This document shows positions 36,992-48,152 of a DNA stretch of 64,000 nt, piece by piece. The notes under the pieces were generated by a model. It was given only the letters and a program-made list of their open reading frames with translations. It ran no database searches and was not told the origin of the DNA. The translations under genes and the position numbers were made by a program. The stretch is taken from contig NIVC01001176.1 of assembly GCA_002269645.1 (NCBI GenBank), positions 62,001-126,000 on the forward strand. Direction: 5' to 3'. Positions within the stretch are counted from its first letter, which is position 1, and every line of letters starts with the position of its first letter. Origin of the DNA: Macrostomum lignano. Taxonomy: Eukaryota.

Positions 36992-38261
36992 GTCGAGCCT
37001 GTCCGCTATTGTCCACCAGTCTAGGATCCACAAAGAATGTCAGATTCAGATTTGAATCCATCTATTTAACCTAGCCTGGAGAGAAATTTTCTGAACCAAT
37101 CAAGACGGGAACGGCAGCCGCAAAGTCGATCTGGCATTTTGAAAAGGTGTGGGCCGAATTTTTTATGAAAAAAAGAAACTTAAAATTGATGAGTCTCCCG
37201 TCAGCTCAGTCTGAAATTGAGCTGAGCTAAGAGAGGGAAGACCGGGGAGTTTGAAGGCTCCAGGCTGACAAACGCGCGGAGGGTAAATCGCCGGGCTTTG
37301 AGAATAAAGAGGATGCTGGGAGATGAGGCTGCGGGCAAAGAGAGATCCTGAGCTCGGTGATGGAAGAAGCTTGTCGGCCTCCCTCCCAGCCGAGCCTTCA
37401 AGCCAGACAGGAAAGACTTGCACGGACGTCTTTTCAAGTCGGAGAGGCTGTGACAATGAGCCCGAGTTCCGCTCCGAACAATGGAGCCCGCCACCCCCCG
37501 CTATTCTCCCTCTGTCCCAGGGATGCCTATAAGGGATCTCATAATCCTCTACTCGATCTTCGCAGCGCGGGAACGCTTCTCACTGTTCAATTGGCCGGGT
37601 AAGAGGAGCTATAGGGGGCCAACTTCCTCTCCGTGTCCCCTTGTTATTCTTTGCCTTCTTCGCTGCGACCGCGAGGCCTCAAATCTGGCCTCAAGCCGAC
37701 ACCCCATGGCGGTTGTTAAGTCACGGCACGCTTAGCTGATCTGCCGCCAGCCCGCATCTCCCGCCCACCACCTCCCTTGGCGTCGCGCCTTTTTCTGCTG
37801 CCGATTATAAGCAGCCTATTGTTGAATCTGCTTGGCCGCAGGGCTCGCGATCGCCACTCTGTCGCCAGGGGAGCCTCAGCTTTGCTTTGATGAAGCATCT
37901 GCTGCAATGGCATGCTGGGGGTGGGAAGAAGGGGAGCACACGCACAATGCGAACACGAAACGGAGAATTGCGGCAAGTCGCCTTGACAACTATGGAGATG
38001 GAGAGAGGAAGCTTCATAGAAGGAAGGAAGGCCTCCTTAGCTCGCATATCGCATCGCTGGGTCCGACTTCTTTTTCGTAGCTGGTGCTGAACGAGAGGAG
38101 GAAAACAAGTCAAGCGTGCGGAGGGATTGTTGTTCTCACCTTATCTACTGATGCAATTCGTCTGCTTACGAGTATAATTGCGTGAAATCGTTATGATATG
38201 CAGTGACAGAATGTTATTGACTTGAGGATTAAAACTAGTCGAAATTAGAATTGCCAACAGA

Positions 38262-38745
38262 CACCAAGAGGCACCAGACAAACAGCAAGGGATGCCAGAG
38301 ACACACCAAGGGGCACCAGAGAAACACCAAGGGGCACCAGAGAAACACCAAGGGGCACCAGAGAAACACCAAGGGGCACCAGAGAAACACCAAGGGGACA
38401 CCAGAGAAACACCAAGGGGACACCAGAGAAACACCAAGGGGCACCAGAGAAACACCAAGGGGCACCAGAGAAACACCAAGGGGACACCAGAGAAACACCA
38501 AGGGGACACCAGAGAAACACCAAGGGGCACCAGAGAAACAGCAAGGGATGCCAGAGACACACCAAGGGGCACCAGAGAAACACCAAGGGGACACCAGAGA
38601 CACACCAAGGGGACACCAGAGAAACACCAAGGGGACACCAGAGAAACACCAAGGGGACACCAGAGACACACCAAGGGGACACCAGAGACACACCAAGGGG
38701 ACACCAGAGACACACCAAGGGACACCAGAGACACACCAAGAAACC
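38262..38745. repeat. 21-22-bp tandem array (CACCAGAGAAACACCAAGGGG[A])n in ZBED-like intron 3
   Basis: About 22 copies. The variant block AAACAGCAAGGGATGCCAGAGACAC occurs twice (about 38280 and about 38536). Confidence 0.95.
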
Positions 38746-38843
38746 CCAAAGCGACACTGGAAGGTGTCAAAGACACAATAAGCTCTCTAAAGTCCCCAAA
38801 GTACCGACTTCAAATGATGATTTATCACCCCTCTCACCACCAG

Positions 38844-40208
38844 CTGCCCAACCTAAACCTGCTGGCATCCACCTGCCTGGAGATCATCTCGGCTTACACC
38901 GAGTCGCAGCTGCCGCAGGACTTTCTGCCCATCGTCTGCAACCGACCGGCCGACTTTGTCCGCCAACTGCAACAGGCCAACCAGAACGGGATGCACGACT
39001 CCATCGACAAGATTATCATCGTGCCCTGTCTGCACGCCGCCATGTCGCAGGCTGTCAGCAACGCCCTGGCCGAGACGCCGGCCTGCCAGGCGATTCTCAG
39101 CCGCTGCCGCAGCCGCCGTTGCAGTCGTCGCCGCGGTCACTACGGACGTCGTCAGATCCTTCGCGCCAATCGTCGCCTAGCGAAAGACGATGATGCCCGC
39201 CGACCGAAGAAGGCGGACGTCAACTGTAACGACCTGCTAGATGATCAGGAGGCGCCAACCGCGACAGACTGCGAAGGCAACGACGCTGCTGTCGGCACCG
39301 TCGCCACCGACTGCGCCATGGATGCCGACTGCGACGTCAAAGCGGCTCAGGACGTCAACGAAGACGAGGATCAGGATCAGGAGGAAGAGGACTTCGATGA
39401 CGAATCCGGCTGGGAGTCGGCGCTGGACGCCCTGCAGCGTCTCGTGGACGACGCTTCCGTGACGAAGCCGCCATCGCCATCGCCGCAGTCTGGCTGCACC
39501 GATCCGGAGCTTCGCTCGGCCCGCGAGTTGGCGGCCGCCCTTGTCCGGTTCCGCGACCACCTTGGCCGGCTTTTCTCCGCCTCGTCTGGCAGCCTCGGCC
39601 AGGCTCTGCCGGTGGTGCGTGACCTGCCCGCCGTGCTGCGCCAACCGGCGACGTCCTCGACGGCGTCGCCCTCCTCGCACGCCGACGCCGCGGTGGATCC
39701 CGCTGTGGAGGCGCTGGCTGAGGCAGCCGGAGAGCGGCTGCTGGCGGCCTACCGCAGCCCGGACAAGGTGTGGCGCCTCGCCCAGCTGGCCGCCTTCCTG
39801 CAGCCGCGGCTGCCACTCCCGGCCGAGACGGACCGGAAGTCGGCCGTCGCCCAGCTGGTGGAGAAGCAGCTGGCCGAAGAGGCCGGCCACATCAGCCGGC
39901 GGAAGCGGAACTCGCTGGTGGTGCAGCAGAATCTGGATCAGGCGCGCAAGTCTGTAGAAGACGAGGCCAGACGATACGAGTCTCTGCTCGAACAGGCCGG
40001 AGCTTCCGGCTCGGCGGCTCAGTGGTGGTCGTCGTCGGCCGATCGCCTGCCGACGCTGTCTGGCGAGGCGCGGCTGCTGCTGCACATCCCGGCCTGCTGC
40101 CTGCACGCTCAGTCGCCGCTCGGCTTGGCGGAATTCGCCGCTAAGCGGGCCCGCCTGCCCGAGACGGAGCTGAACGCGCTGCTGGCGCTGCATCAGAGCC
40201 TGGCCTGA
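38844..40208 (+). CDS. ZBED-like gene, exon 4 (rest of the hAT fold plus C-terminal hAT dimerisation domain)
   Basis: Acceptor caccAG at 38843, phase 0. GWESALDALQRL corresponds to RWNSTYDMLERL, LAAFLQPRL to ATFLDPRF, and WWSSSADRLPTLSGEARLLLHIPA...KRARL to the hAT C-terminal domain. Stop TGA at 40206-40208. Confidence 0.88.
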   Translation: MPNLNLLASTCLEIISAYTESQLPQDFLPIVCNRPADFVRQLQQANQNGMHDSIDKIIIVPCLHAAMSQAVSNALAETPACQAILSRCRSRRCSRRRGHYGRRQILRANRRLAKDDDARRPKKADVNCNDLLDDQEAPTATDCEGNDAAVGTVATDCAMDADCDVKAAQDVNEDEDQDQEEEDFDDESGWESALDALQRLVDDASVTKPPSPSPQSGCTDPELRSARELAAALVRFRDHLGRLFSASSGSLGQALPVVRDLPAVLRQPATSSTASPSSHADAAVDPAVEALAEAAGERLLAAYRSPDKVWRLAQLAAFLQPRLPLPAETDRKSAVAQLVEKQLAEEAGHISRRKRNSLVVQQNLDQARKSVEDEARRYESLLEQAGASGSAAQWWSSSADRLPTLSGEARLLLHIPACCLHAQSPLGLAEFAAKRARLPETELNALLALHQSLA

Positions 40209-41390
40209 GGCTGCCGAGCTCACAGCAATAGAATTTTTTGTTAAAATTAGCGAAACTTGCCGTCCCGCAACTGTTAATTGCGTTTTTCCTCATTTCCGCG
40301 TTGTCTTAAATTGCGGAATCTCTCTGGGTGGCCCGTCAGCTGAGTATCTTTCTACAGTCCACCTTTTTGCACTTTATCAAAGTTTTGCGCGCACACACAC
40401 ACACCTTGGATACTGCTGCCTTTTTGTCTTCTGTTTGTTTTGTTTCTAATCAAATTTCTATTGCAATATTAACGGTAGTAACTATATGAATCGTGCTTAT
40501 TATAATTACTAACAGCTCAAGCTTGATATTCTAGTCCTGCCAGATTTGAGATCGATTCGAGAATAAAGCAACTCCACTTGTACATTTCTAGGCAAACTGA
40601 TTGCTGATGAACTATAAATTTGAGTAGATTTGCTGTGTGTCGCACCATATTAAACTCGAGTGTTATTGCTATTTCACTTCATTAATGATTGCACATCCGC
40701 TCTGTCTTTTATTCGTTTTGCGCTTTTGGTTACTATAGCAACCGCTCCGCGTCCGCTTTTTATCAATTCCTTCGTTTTGTGCTCAGCCTTGTTTTCTTCT
40801 CTACTTTTTCTGTTGTTTTTTTTCTACTTCTTATGTCTTTAGCCGAAAAGACAAGCAAAATAACGGAACGCAGAGCCTGTCCGTTGCTGGAGCTCACGTC
40901 GCTGCCTTCACTTGCAAATAGGGGAAAATGAAATTGTGCGCAATTGTCGCTTAGCGTTAGCCTCGTGGTACTGTTAATAACACATTCTTTATTAATATTT
41001 TGTTTAAGCACATTTTTAAGAAGCTGCACACACAAACTTTATGTAGTCAGCAATTTCTGAGTCCCAGCTTCATCATATATCTATTTATGGTGTCAATTAG
41101 CAGCAAAGAAGCCGCGTTTTTCACCCCTGCACCCACCCACCTCATCTCCAATGTCAATTCGATCCCCTTTGTTCCCTCTCCAGTCTCCTGCATACATATT
41201 TATTTATGATTTATTAGTTTGTATATGCATAAATAAATGGAGCGTTGGCTCTACTAAAACTGTCAAAATTAAACGAAACATTAAAGTTGCAACGTTTTCT
41301 TCTTGTTTATTGTGTTCATTGATGCCGGTTTCCTATATGAGGGCTCCGGGGCACCCTGGCGCAACGCCTTAGGCACCATCGGTCCCATAC

Positions 41391-42296
41391 ATGCGCAACA
41401 GTCGGCCGATCCGGCTGACCGATTTGGCGGCCAACCAAGGTAAGTCCCAAAAATGCCCACCCCAAAGAATACAGACGTAGTACTAATTAGATGACAAGGC
41501 ATTTAGCCCTAATAAGACAGTCATAGCTACTCCTACCGTTTACCCGAAATTGCGTTAATTTTGCTTTAGGGTTTCTCTTTCACAGGTAAGTCGCATTTTT
41601 GTTAAAACTAAGTCGCACGGCCGACCGAATTTTGGAGGTTGCGCATGTATGATCGGTCCCACAACCAGCGCTGACGGCAGTTCTGCCCATCCCGCCGACT
41701 TCTGAGCACATGCAAGCGCGCCAATACTGTACACGCAGGCACAGCACTCATTCATACATACGGTTCACACAGGGTGTACAGCAGCCTTTCGATTTTCTCT
41801 TCGTCAGACATGTGCACCTTCTGTGCCTTGGAGGAAGGGTGGCGCTCCCGCGCGCATAGATGTGAATCAGTGGCATTGGGGCCGTGGTGCGATTCAGACA
41901 CGTTTACCGCTGAACTGCTCTTCCCCTGCTGGTTTCCTAGAAAGTAAGTGAATTTCTTAGAACATTCTAATATAATAGGATATCATATTTTATAGAGGCA
42001 CTGTGGCATCGAGTATGAACTCGAGTAAAAATTACACATGTAAATCCACCAAAATCAATACTTCCAAGTCGATCTGACATTGAAAAATTCGCTGGAGAAA
42101 ACACCACCGCCTGCACTGTCTCCGGTGTCCAAAAAGTACTATAGATTTGCTTGAAAGTTTTAACGGAAATTTGCATCTCACCTTTAATCAAAGACAAACC
42201 AAATTTATTTCGATTTTTTCCTAATCACAACGCAATTGATGTTTTCTTACTAACCTTAGTTGCTAAATGCAGCTAATTTCACTGTTCTTTAGATGA
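41391..42296 (+). other. Putative unannotated spliced transcript (lncRNA, spliced 3' UTR, or 62-aa sORF)
   Basis: Donors GTAAGT at 41440 and 41944. Acceptors ttttctcttcgtcAG at 41807 and ttctttAG at 42292. Perfect TACTAAC branch at about 42248-42254. Joining 41391-41439, 41808-41943 and 42293-42296 gives an open 62-codon frame. Confidence 0.4.
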
Positions 42297-43585
42297 ATGT
42301 CTGAATACTTCGCATAATGCTAAGCAGTCTGCTTCCCTTTACAATGCATGGTACACGGAACATACACCGCTGTAATGGTACATACACGCGACAGACAGTC
42401 CACTACTGGTGTCTATGGTCAAAACACTTATCACTGCCGCCACATTGCGGCCATAGACATGCAGCGGTTGCAAGACCAATGCGCCTGATACAACAGTAGA
42501 AATCGTGTCCTGCTCGTTTGAACAGAAGCTACAGACAGCCAGACCGGGGAAAGAAAATTTCCCTTTTTTGATTGACAGGCCACTCGAAAGCTCCGCTCCG
42601 GCCTCCGAGGCACAATTTTGAAGGGTTAGGGCGGATGAGTAAACACTTCGCGGCTTGTATAGCTCGCTTGCATCTCAGTTTGACAGCTCAAAATGCGGAT
42701 ATTTCTCCCAATATGGAGGCGTCGAGGGAGGGGGGGATTATTCCTGTCCGACCGATTCATCCTCAAACTGGCAATAATTTTGAATACCCTGATTTATCAT
42801 ACCTTCACCAATATTACTCTCTCACCTATGAGAATTTCACCCAGTCAAACCCGGGCTTGGGTTTGCTTGGCTAGGTTGATGGGACAGAATCTGTAACAGC
42901 AGTTGATAAATTTTGACAAACAACATATAGCAATTCAAAATTCTAAACATAAAAATTTCAATTATTTTTTTATTCACAGAGAGTAACATTTGCATTAAAA
43001 AAAGAACAAAAATGTACAAAGTATGAGTACAAGTGGCGGAGGATCGTGCTGTATATCAGTAAGAAAATACAACAAATTAAATGTTAAAAAAGCAACTCGG
43101 TAAGCTCACACATTGTTCCAGAGTCCCAAGTTTAAAGTCTCTGTCATGTCTGAACCCCGCATTTACAACACAAAAATTAGTAGCATCAGAAAAAAGTTCT
43201 AAAAAACTAAAATCGCTACTAAATTGGCGCCTGAGTAGTAATATAAGAGTATTACGCTGAAAAAGGCTCCGAGCCAGTTCCTGAATTTATCTCATGTTCC
43301 TAACAATGTGAAGGATTGGATTAAAATTGGAGCAAAGCAGCATAGTCATGCGGCGCTGGATAAGTGTGTGACCCAAAAAGAAAGCTTAGAAAATCACCAA
43401 AGCCCAAGCTTATGGAGTGCAGGGCACGTGGCTATGGCATGTGAACACACATTAGTAAAAACAGTGTGAACACACATTAGTAAAAACATTGTGAACACAT
43501 TACATTAGTAATAAACGAGCCTTCGTTTGCTTAAAAAATCACAAAGTTTATTGTTATAAGAATTATAAGTTTATACGAATGTATA

Positions 43586-43810
43586 ATCCCGCATCTCAGA
43601 TATCTAAATCCCGCATATCAGACATCTAAATCCCGCATCTCAGATATCTAAACCTCGCATCTCAGGTGTCTAAATCCTGCATCTCAGATGTCTAAATCCC
43701 GCATCCCAGATCTCTAAATCCTGCATCTCAGAAATCTAAATTCCACATCTCAGATGTCTATTAAACCCCGCATCTCAAATATCTAGATCCCGATCCCAGA
43801 TGTCCAAACA
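43586..43810. repeat. 22-bp degenerate tandem array (ATCCCGCATCTCAGATATCTAA)n just past the DESI1 stop
   Basis: About 10 copies with period 22. Confidence 0.85.
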
Positions 43811-43940
43811 CCTGTAATCTATATTATCCGAACCTATATTTAAGTGTTGAGTTTATTTTCATAACAACAAATGAACTCCAAAGCTTTTAAACAAAGCGCT
43901 AAACTCTTTAACTTAATTTACAATAAAACTCTGCATTTTG

Positions 43941-44186
43941 TTAATTAGCCTTAGCCCGTACAACGGCCTGATTCAGTCTGGCCACGTGCGGACACAGGCC
44001 GGCCAGTTTGTCCAAGCTCAGTCCTTGAATAGCCGCTAGTGGCGCCAGTTGATCGGCGCTACGCGCCGCAGCGCACAAAGCCCGCGCCAACGTCAGCTGG
44101 GCGGCCTCCGAAGCGCCGGAGGCGGCCATCGCCTGCAAACGGTCGGTCAGGAGGCAGCCGAGGTCGAAAGCAAGGGACTCGTTGCC
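43941..44186 (-). CDS. DESI1: DESI1-like deSUMOylating isopeptidase, exon 5 (terminal)
   Basis: Minus-strand acceptor catttCAG ending at 44187. GNESLAFDLGCLLTDRLQAMAAS...VVRAKAN*. Phase 0. Confidence 0.75.
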   Translation of the reverse strand, partial: GNESLAFDLGCLLTDRLQAMAASGASEAAQLTLARALCAAARSADQLAPLAAIQGLSLDKLAGLCPHVARLNQAVVRAKAN

Positions 44187-44318
44187 CTGAAATGGCGGGA
44201 GCGATATTGCGGCAGGGTCGGTCGGGTTTGCAGGTTTAAAAATATTGTATTCTTGAGCCTATCTATACAAGCAGCACCGCTACAGCTCTTCAGGAAATGT
44301 TACACCCTTTAATTCCTC

Positions 44319-44491
44319 TGGGATTAATACTAAAAAAACTATAACTCTTTTAGGGATTAATGCTACACCCTAACTCCTCAGAGATTAATGCTACACCCCA
44401 ACTGCTCAGGGATTAATGCTTCACCCCAACTGCTCAGGGATTAATGCTTCACCCCAACTGCTTAAGGATCAATGCTACACCCCCAATTGCT
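44319..44491. repeat. 28-bp tandem array (GGGATTAATGCTACACCCCAACTGCTCA)n filling DESI1 intron 4
   Basis: About 6 copies with period 28, abutting the donor at 44494. Confidence 0.85.
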
Positions 44492-44494
44492 CAC

Positions 44495-45015
44495 CGGCCG
44501 CAGCAGAAGCAAGTTAAGCGCCAATGCCCCGCCCACTTCAGGCAGTCCGGCCCGGCCACCCGAGGCCAGCAGTCGACGGGCACAGTTAGCCAGTCGATCG
44601 GCCGAAACGCCGCCGGCAAGCAAGTCGCTGGCCGAGTTGACAGCCACCCGGCCGGCCAGTTCGGCAAAAGCGGGCTGCCGATCTGACCTGGCCAGCAGCT
44701 GTTCGAGCGTCGACACGAAGCGATCAGCGGCCGCAGGCGCAGCGAGCGGACTCGGCCGGCTGGAATCACCAGACGTCGCTGTGCGTCGGAGAAGCGACGT
44801 GAGGCGCCGACTGGAATCGGCGCAAATTTCCGCTTCGTTTAAAGCGTCGAGCCAGCAAAGCTCGGCGTCTTCGCCGCTGTCGGCGACATCGTCAGGTCCG
44901 GTGTCGTCGGCAAAGTCGGCTGGCGGATTAGCAAATTTGATGGGGCTTGGAAGCTGCGACTGCGGCTGAGTCTGCGACTGTGGCACCTGTCCGCTACCAC
45001 TGCCACTGCCGGGGC
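44495..45015 (-). CDS. DESI1: DESI1-like, exon 4 (linker plus helical C-terminal domain)
   Basis: Minus-strand acceptor tttttatttAG at 45017-45016, donor CCG|GTGAGC at 44494. Phase 1 in, phase 0 out. Confidence 0.78.
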
Positions 45016-45291
45016 CTAAATAAAAAGCGGATTAATTATTAGCATGCTACTATTAGTAGGAAAAAATGATAGGCCGAGTATATTAGTTGTACCTGTACAT
45101 GATAAGAGATCGCACTTTCAGAAAAAAGATAAACATAAAAGGACCATGCTCAATACAAAGAGTGCAAATCATATTTTTTAACTTCTATAAACATAAAAAT
45201 TTGGTTTTTTTTAACCGTGTCACTTATTACACAGGTGAGGTCCCGAGTTTGAATCCGAGTTTTCAAGTCCGAAAATCTTTAACACACTAAC

Positions 45292-45658
45292 CAGCTGCGC
45301 CTCCGCCACCAGCTGTAGTAGGCCCGGAATTAGCGGCAGTGGAATTCGAATAGTGATAGCCCTGGGTGTGAGTCAGCTGCATCTGCATCGAGCTGAGCAT
45401 CTGTTCCAGCTGGGCGCCGAATGGCGTCGACAAGACTTCGGCAGGCAGGCCGGTGATGCGCGCCGGAATGCCTTGGCCAGTGAGAAACTGGGCCAGCTCA
45501 TCGGAGAAATTGTTGCAGTTGTGTCGCAGCAGATTGTACCGGCTGCCGTGGAATCTGTCCCGACTCAGGTCAGCTAGCAGCTCATCCAGCACCTCCTTGG
45601 GCATCTCTGTGCGGCCTAGGTTGTGCACCTCCAACGGCTCGCCAAGCACTGTACCACT
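45292..45658 (-). CDS. DESI1: DESI1-like, exon 3 (PPPDE catalytic Cys)
   Basis: SGTVLGEP...[41 protein letters not shown] matches DESI1 [36 protein letters not shown]. Canonical splice sites. Confidence 0.93.
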
Positions 45659-46072
45659 CTGAATTACATTATAATGGTTAGTTAATGTAGTATAAAAGCA
45701 ATCACTTATGTAATAATAATATTCTAAGTATTCTGGGCACCCTAGAGCAATGCCTTTGGCAACATCAAGAGTTCTGCAAATTCCTCTGTCTCCTTATTAT
45801 ATGCAGACATACACTGGGTGTATAGTGGCCCTTTGACTTCTCTAATCATCAGATATCTTCAGGCCTTTGGAGGGTGTGAGTTGCATAATTTGACGACCCC
45901 TTGGAACCACTTGTTGAACACAAGCCCTAAATTAATATAGTCCAGAATAGAATTAATTCAAAACTTGATTTGAAAATATATATAGATTTTCTCCTAGATT
46001 TTCTTTTGGAGCTTTTTATTAGTTATTTTAGTAATTCTATCTTTATAAAAAACATCAATATTAAATACTTAC

Positions 46073-46164
46073 AGGTAAACAGAATTGAATTCCATCACTT
46101 CCAAAGAAGTACTCGTGGCCAAAGACAACAATTGATGTGTGCCAAATTCCATCAATTTGTTTAC
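46073..46164 (-). CDS. DESI1: DESI1-like, exon 2 (catalytic His)
   Basis: [31 protein letters not shown] matches DESI1 [19 protein letters not shown]. Donor CCT|GTAAGT. Absent from the ORF track. Confidence 0.93.
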
Positions 46165-46293
46165 CTATCAAGAAGAAAGCATATAGATAACTTGCATTGT
46201 AGATAAAATTGTTTAAGTTCAATCAACTTTTTTGTACTTAAAGACAAGTGGCATATATAGCTATTAATATATTTTAAGATTTATTATTAATTA

Positions 46294-48043
46294 CGAGGGA
46301 TGTTCCATAAGTACTTATACTTTTGCATGCTGCTCAGGAACTACGCAACCAATCATTGTAAGTTTTATGTCGCTGGAAAGCGGCTTTACTCATCTTTAAT
46401 CTGTCGCCAAAATCATTTCGTTCTGTCAACTATGTCAAAAGTTACAACAAAAAACGTAGTCAAAGGTCACCCATAGACTTACAAGAAATTTAAAGAGCAA
46501 CAACTACAATGGCAAGCATGAAAACAGAGGCGCATTGTTGATGACAGAAAGTTTGACTTCTTTGTCACTCATCCTCAGTCGGTACCGACACCTTCTCAAC
46601 GTAGTTTCCACCGGAGTTGATGCACTTGGTCCACCTGTTAAACATGCTTTTGATGGCTTCTGCGTACAGCTGTCGGGGATGACATACAGCAGAATTCTGC
46701 GGACTTCCTCCTCGATCTGGTTCCTGGTCTCGTACACGCGTCCTTTCAGATGGCGCTTCAACTCTGGAAATAAAGCAAAGTCTGCTGGTGCCAGGTCTGG
46801 AGAGTAAGGAGGGTGAGGTAGAAGATGGAGCTTCAGCTTGCTGATTGCCTCGACTGTCTTTTGTGCTGTATGAGGCCTTGCATTGTCATGATGAAGAATG
46901 AAAGGTCTGGGATTTTCACGACGCTTGTTCTGGATGTCATGATGCAGCTTTGTTAGCGTTTCAACGTAGCGCTCAGAGTTTATTGTAGTGTTTGGCTCCA
47001 AAAACTCGACAGTTAGAGGACCATTGCAGTCGAAAAACAGAGACAGCATGATCTTCTTTCCATGTGCGTCCCTTTGAGCTTTTACCGGAGGATCAGAGCC
47101 CTTCAGCATCCAGACCTGGGAATCACGTTTCGTTGGTGGATCAAAATGGGGAATCCAGGTTTCATCTCCAGTGACTATCATTCGATGGAAGAGATCCCAA
47201 CCACCGTATTCTTCCATCATCCGAATATTGGCCTGACAAATCTGCTGCCTCTGCAGTCTCAAGTCCGAGGTGAGTAGGCGTGGCACCCAACGAGCAGTCA
47301 GCTTGACAAAGTCCATGCGCGACAAGCAGCGATGCACAGTTGTGCTCGGCGTGTCCAGTCTATCTGCAATCTGTCGAATCGTTAGCCGACAATCTTCGTC
47401 CAGCAGATCAAGAATTCGATCGGTGAGAGCATCAGAGCCTGATGTGCAGGGGCGGCCCGACCTCGGCAAATCAGCAACATTGGTCCTTCCTGCTTCGAAC
47501 TGCTCAACCCAGTTGTAGACGGTCATCCTGCTCACCGCATTAGCTCCATGAATGTTGCATAAATCCGCATAAATCTCTGATCGCTTTTTTCCGAGTTTCC
47601 AGAGGGTAAAAATTGCAGCGCGCTGTCCTTCCCTTGAGTTCACATCCATGGTGATGCAGCAGCAGCCAAGGTGGTGAAACTTTACAAGATTAAGATGCTG
47701 TGATCTTAAGATTAAGATGCTGTGAAAGCTTAGGCCAGTATTTTCCATAGACGAAAAGGGTGTGGCATTCGCTTATGAAGCAAAAAAGAATGCATTATGT
47801 AGAATCCGAAATAACTCTGCGTGCTGAACTTTGAAGTTTTGATTTTGAAAATTTCTTGTAAGTCTATGGGTGACCTTTGACTACGTGTTTTGTTGTAACT
47901 TTTGACATAGTTGACAGAACGAAATGATTTTGGCGACAGATTAAAGATGAGTAAAGCCGCTTTCCAGCGACATAAAACTTACAATGATTGGTTGCGTAGT
48001 TCCTGAGCAGCATGCAAAAGTATAAGTACTTATGGAACATCCC
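46294..48043 (-). mobile_element. Tc1/mariner (DD34D) element with ~195-bp TIRs in DESI1 intron 1
   Basis: TA at 46292-46293. Left TIR 46294-46491 versus right TIR 47849-48043, one mismatch seen. The right end lacks the terminal TCG. Confidence 0.96.
46565..47649 (-). CDS. Mariner transposase with a single 1-nt frameshift near the C-terminus
   Basis: MDVNSREGQR..., WVPRLL, TGDETW, HHDNARPH, YSPDLAPAD, with exactly 34 aa between D2 and D3. The canonical tail QLYAEAIKSMFNRWTKCINSGGNYVEKV lies in another frame after the G4 run at 46675-46678. Confidence 0.93.
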
Positions 48044-48152
48044 ATATAAGATATATAAGATTAATATTAATTGTTAATCTTACAGATGCATAAATTTATT
48101 TTATTGTAATATACTAGCCTACTTTTAATATGTCTAAAGTTTCAAAATAGTC

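Noticed and set aside
38141-38843. ORF 38292 start and the repeat-coded ORFs on both strands
   Set aside because: The N-terminal 184 codons are array and intron. The true exon starts at the acceptor at 38844.
45235-45262. B-box-like GAGTTTGAATCC suggesting a tRNA or SINE
   Set aside because: No A-box or cloverleaf.
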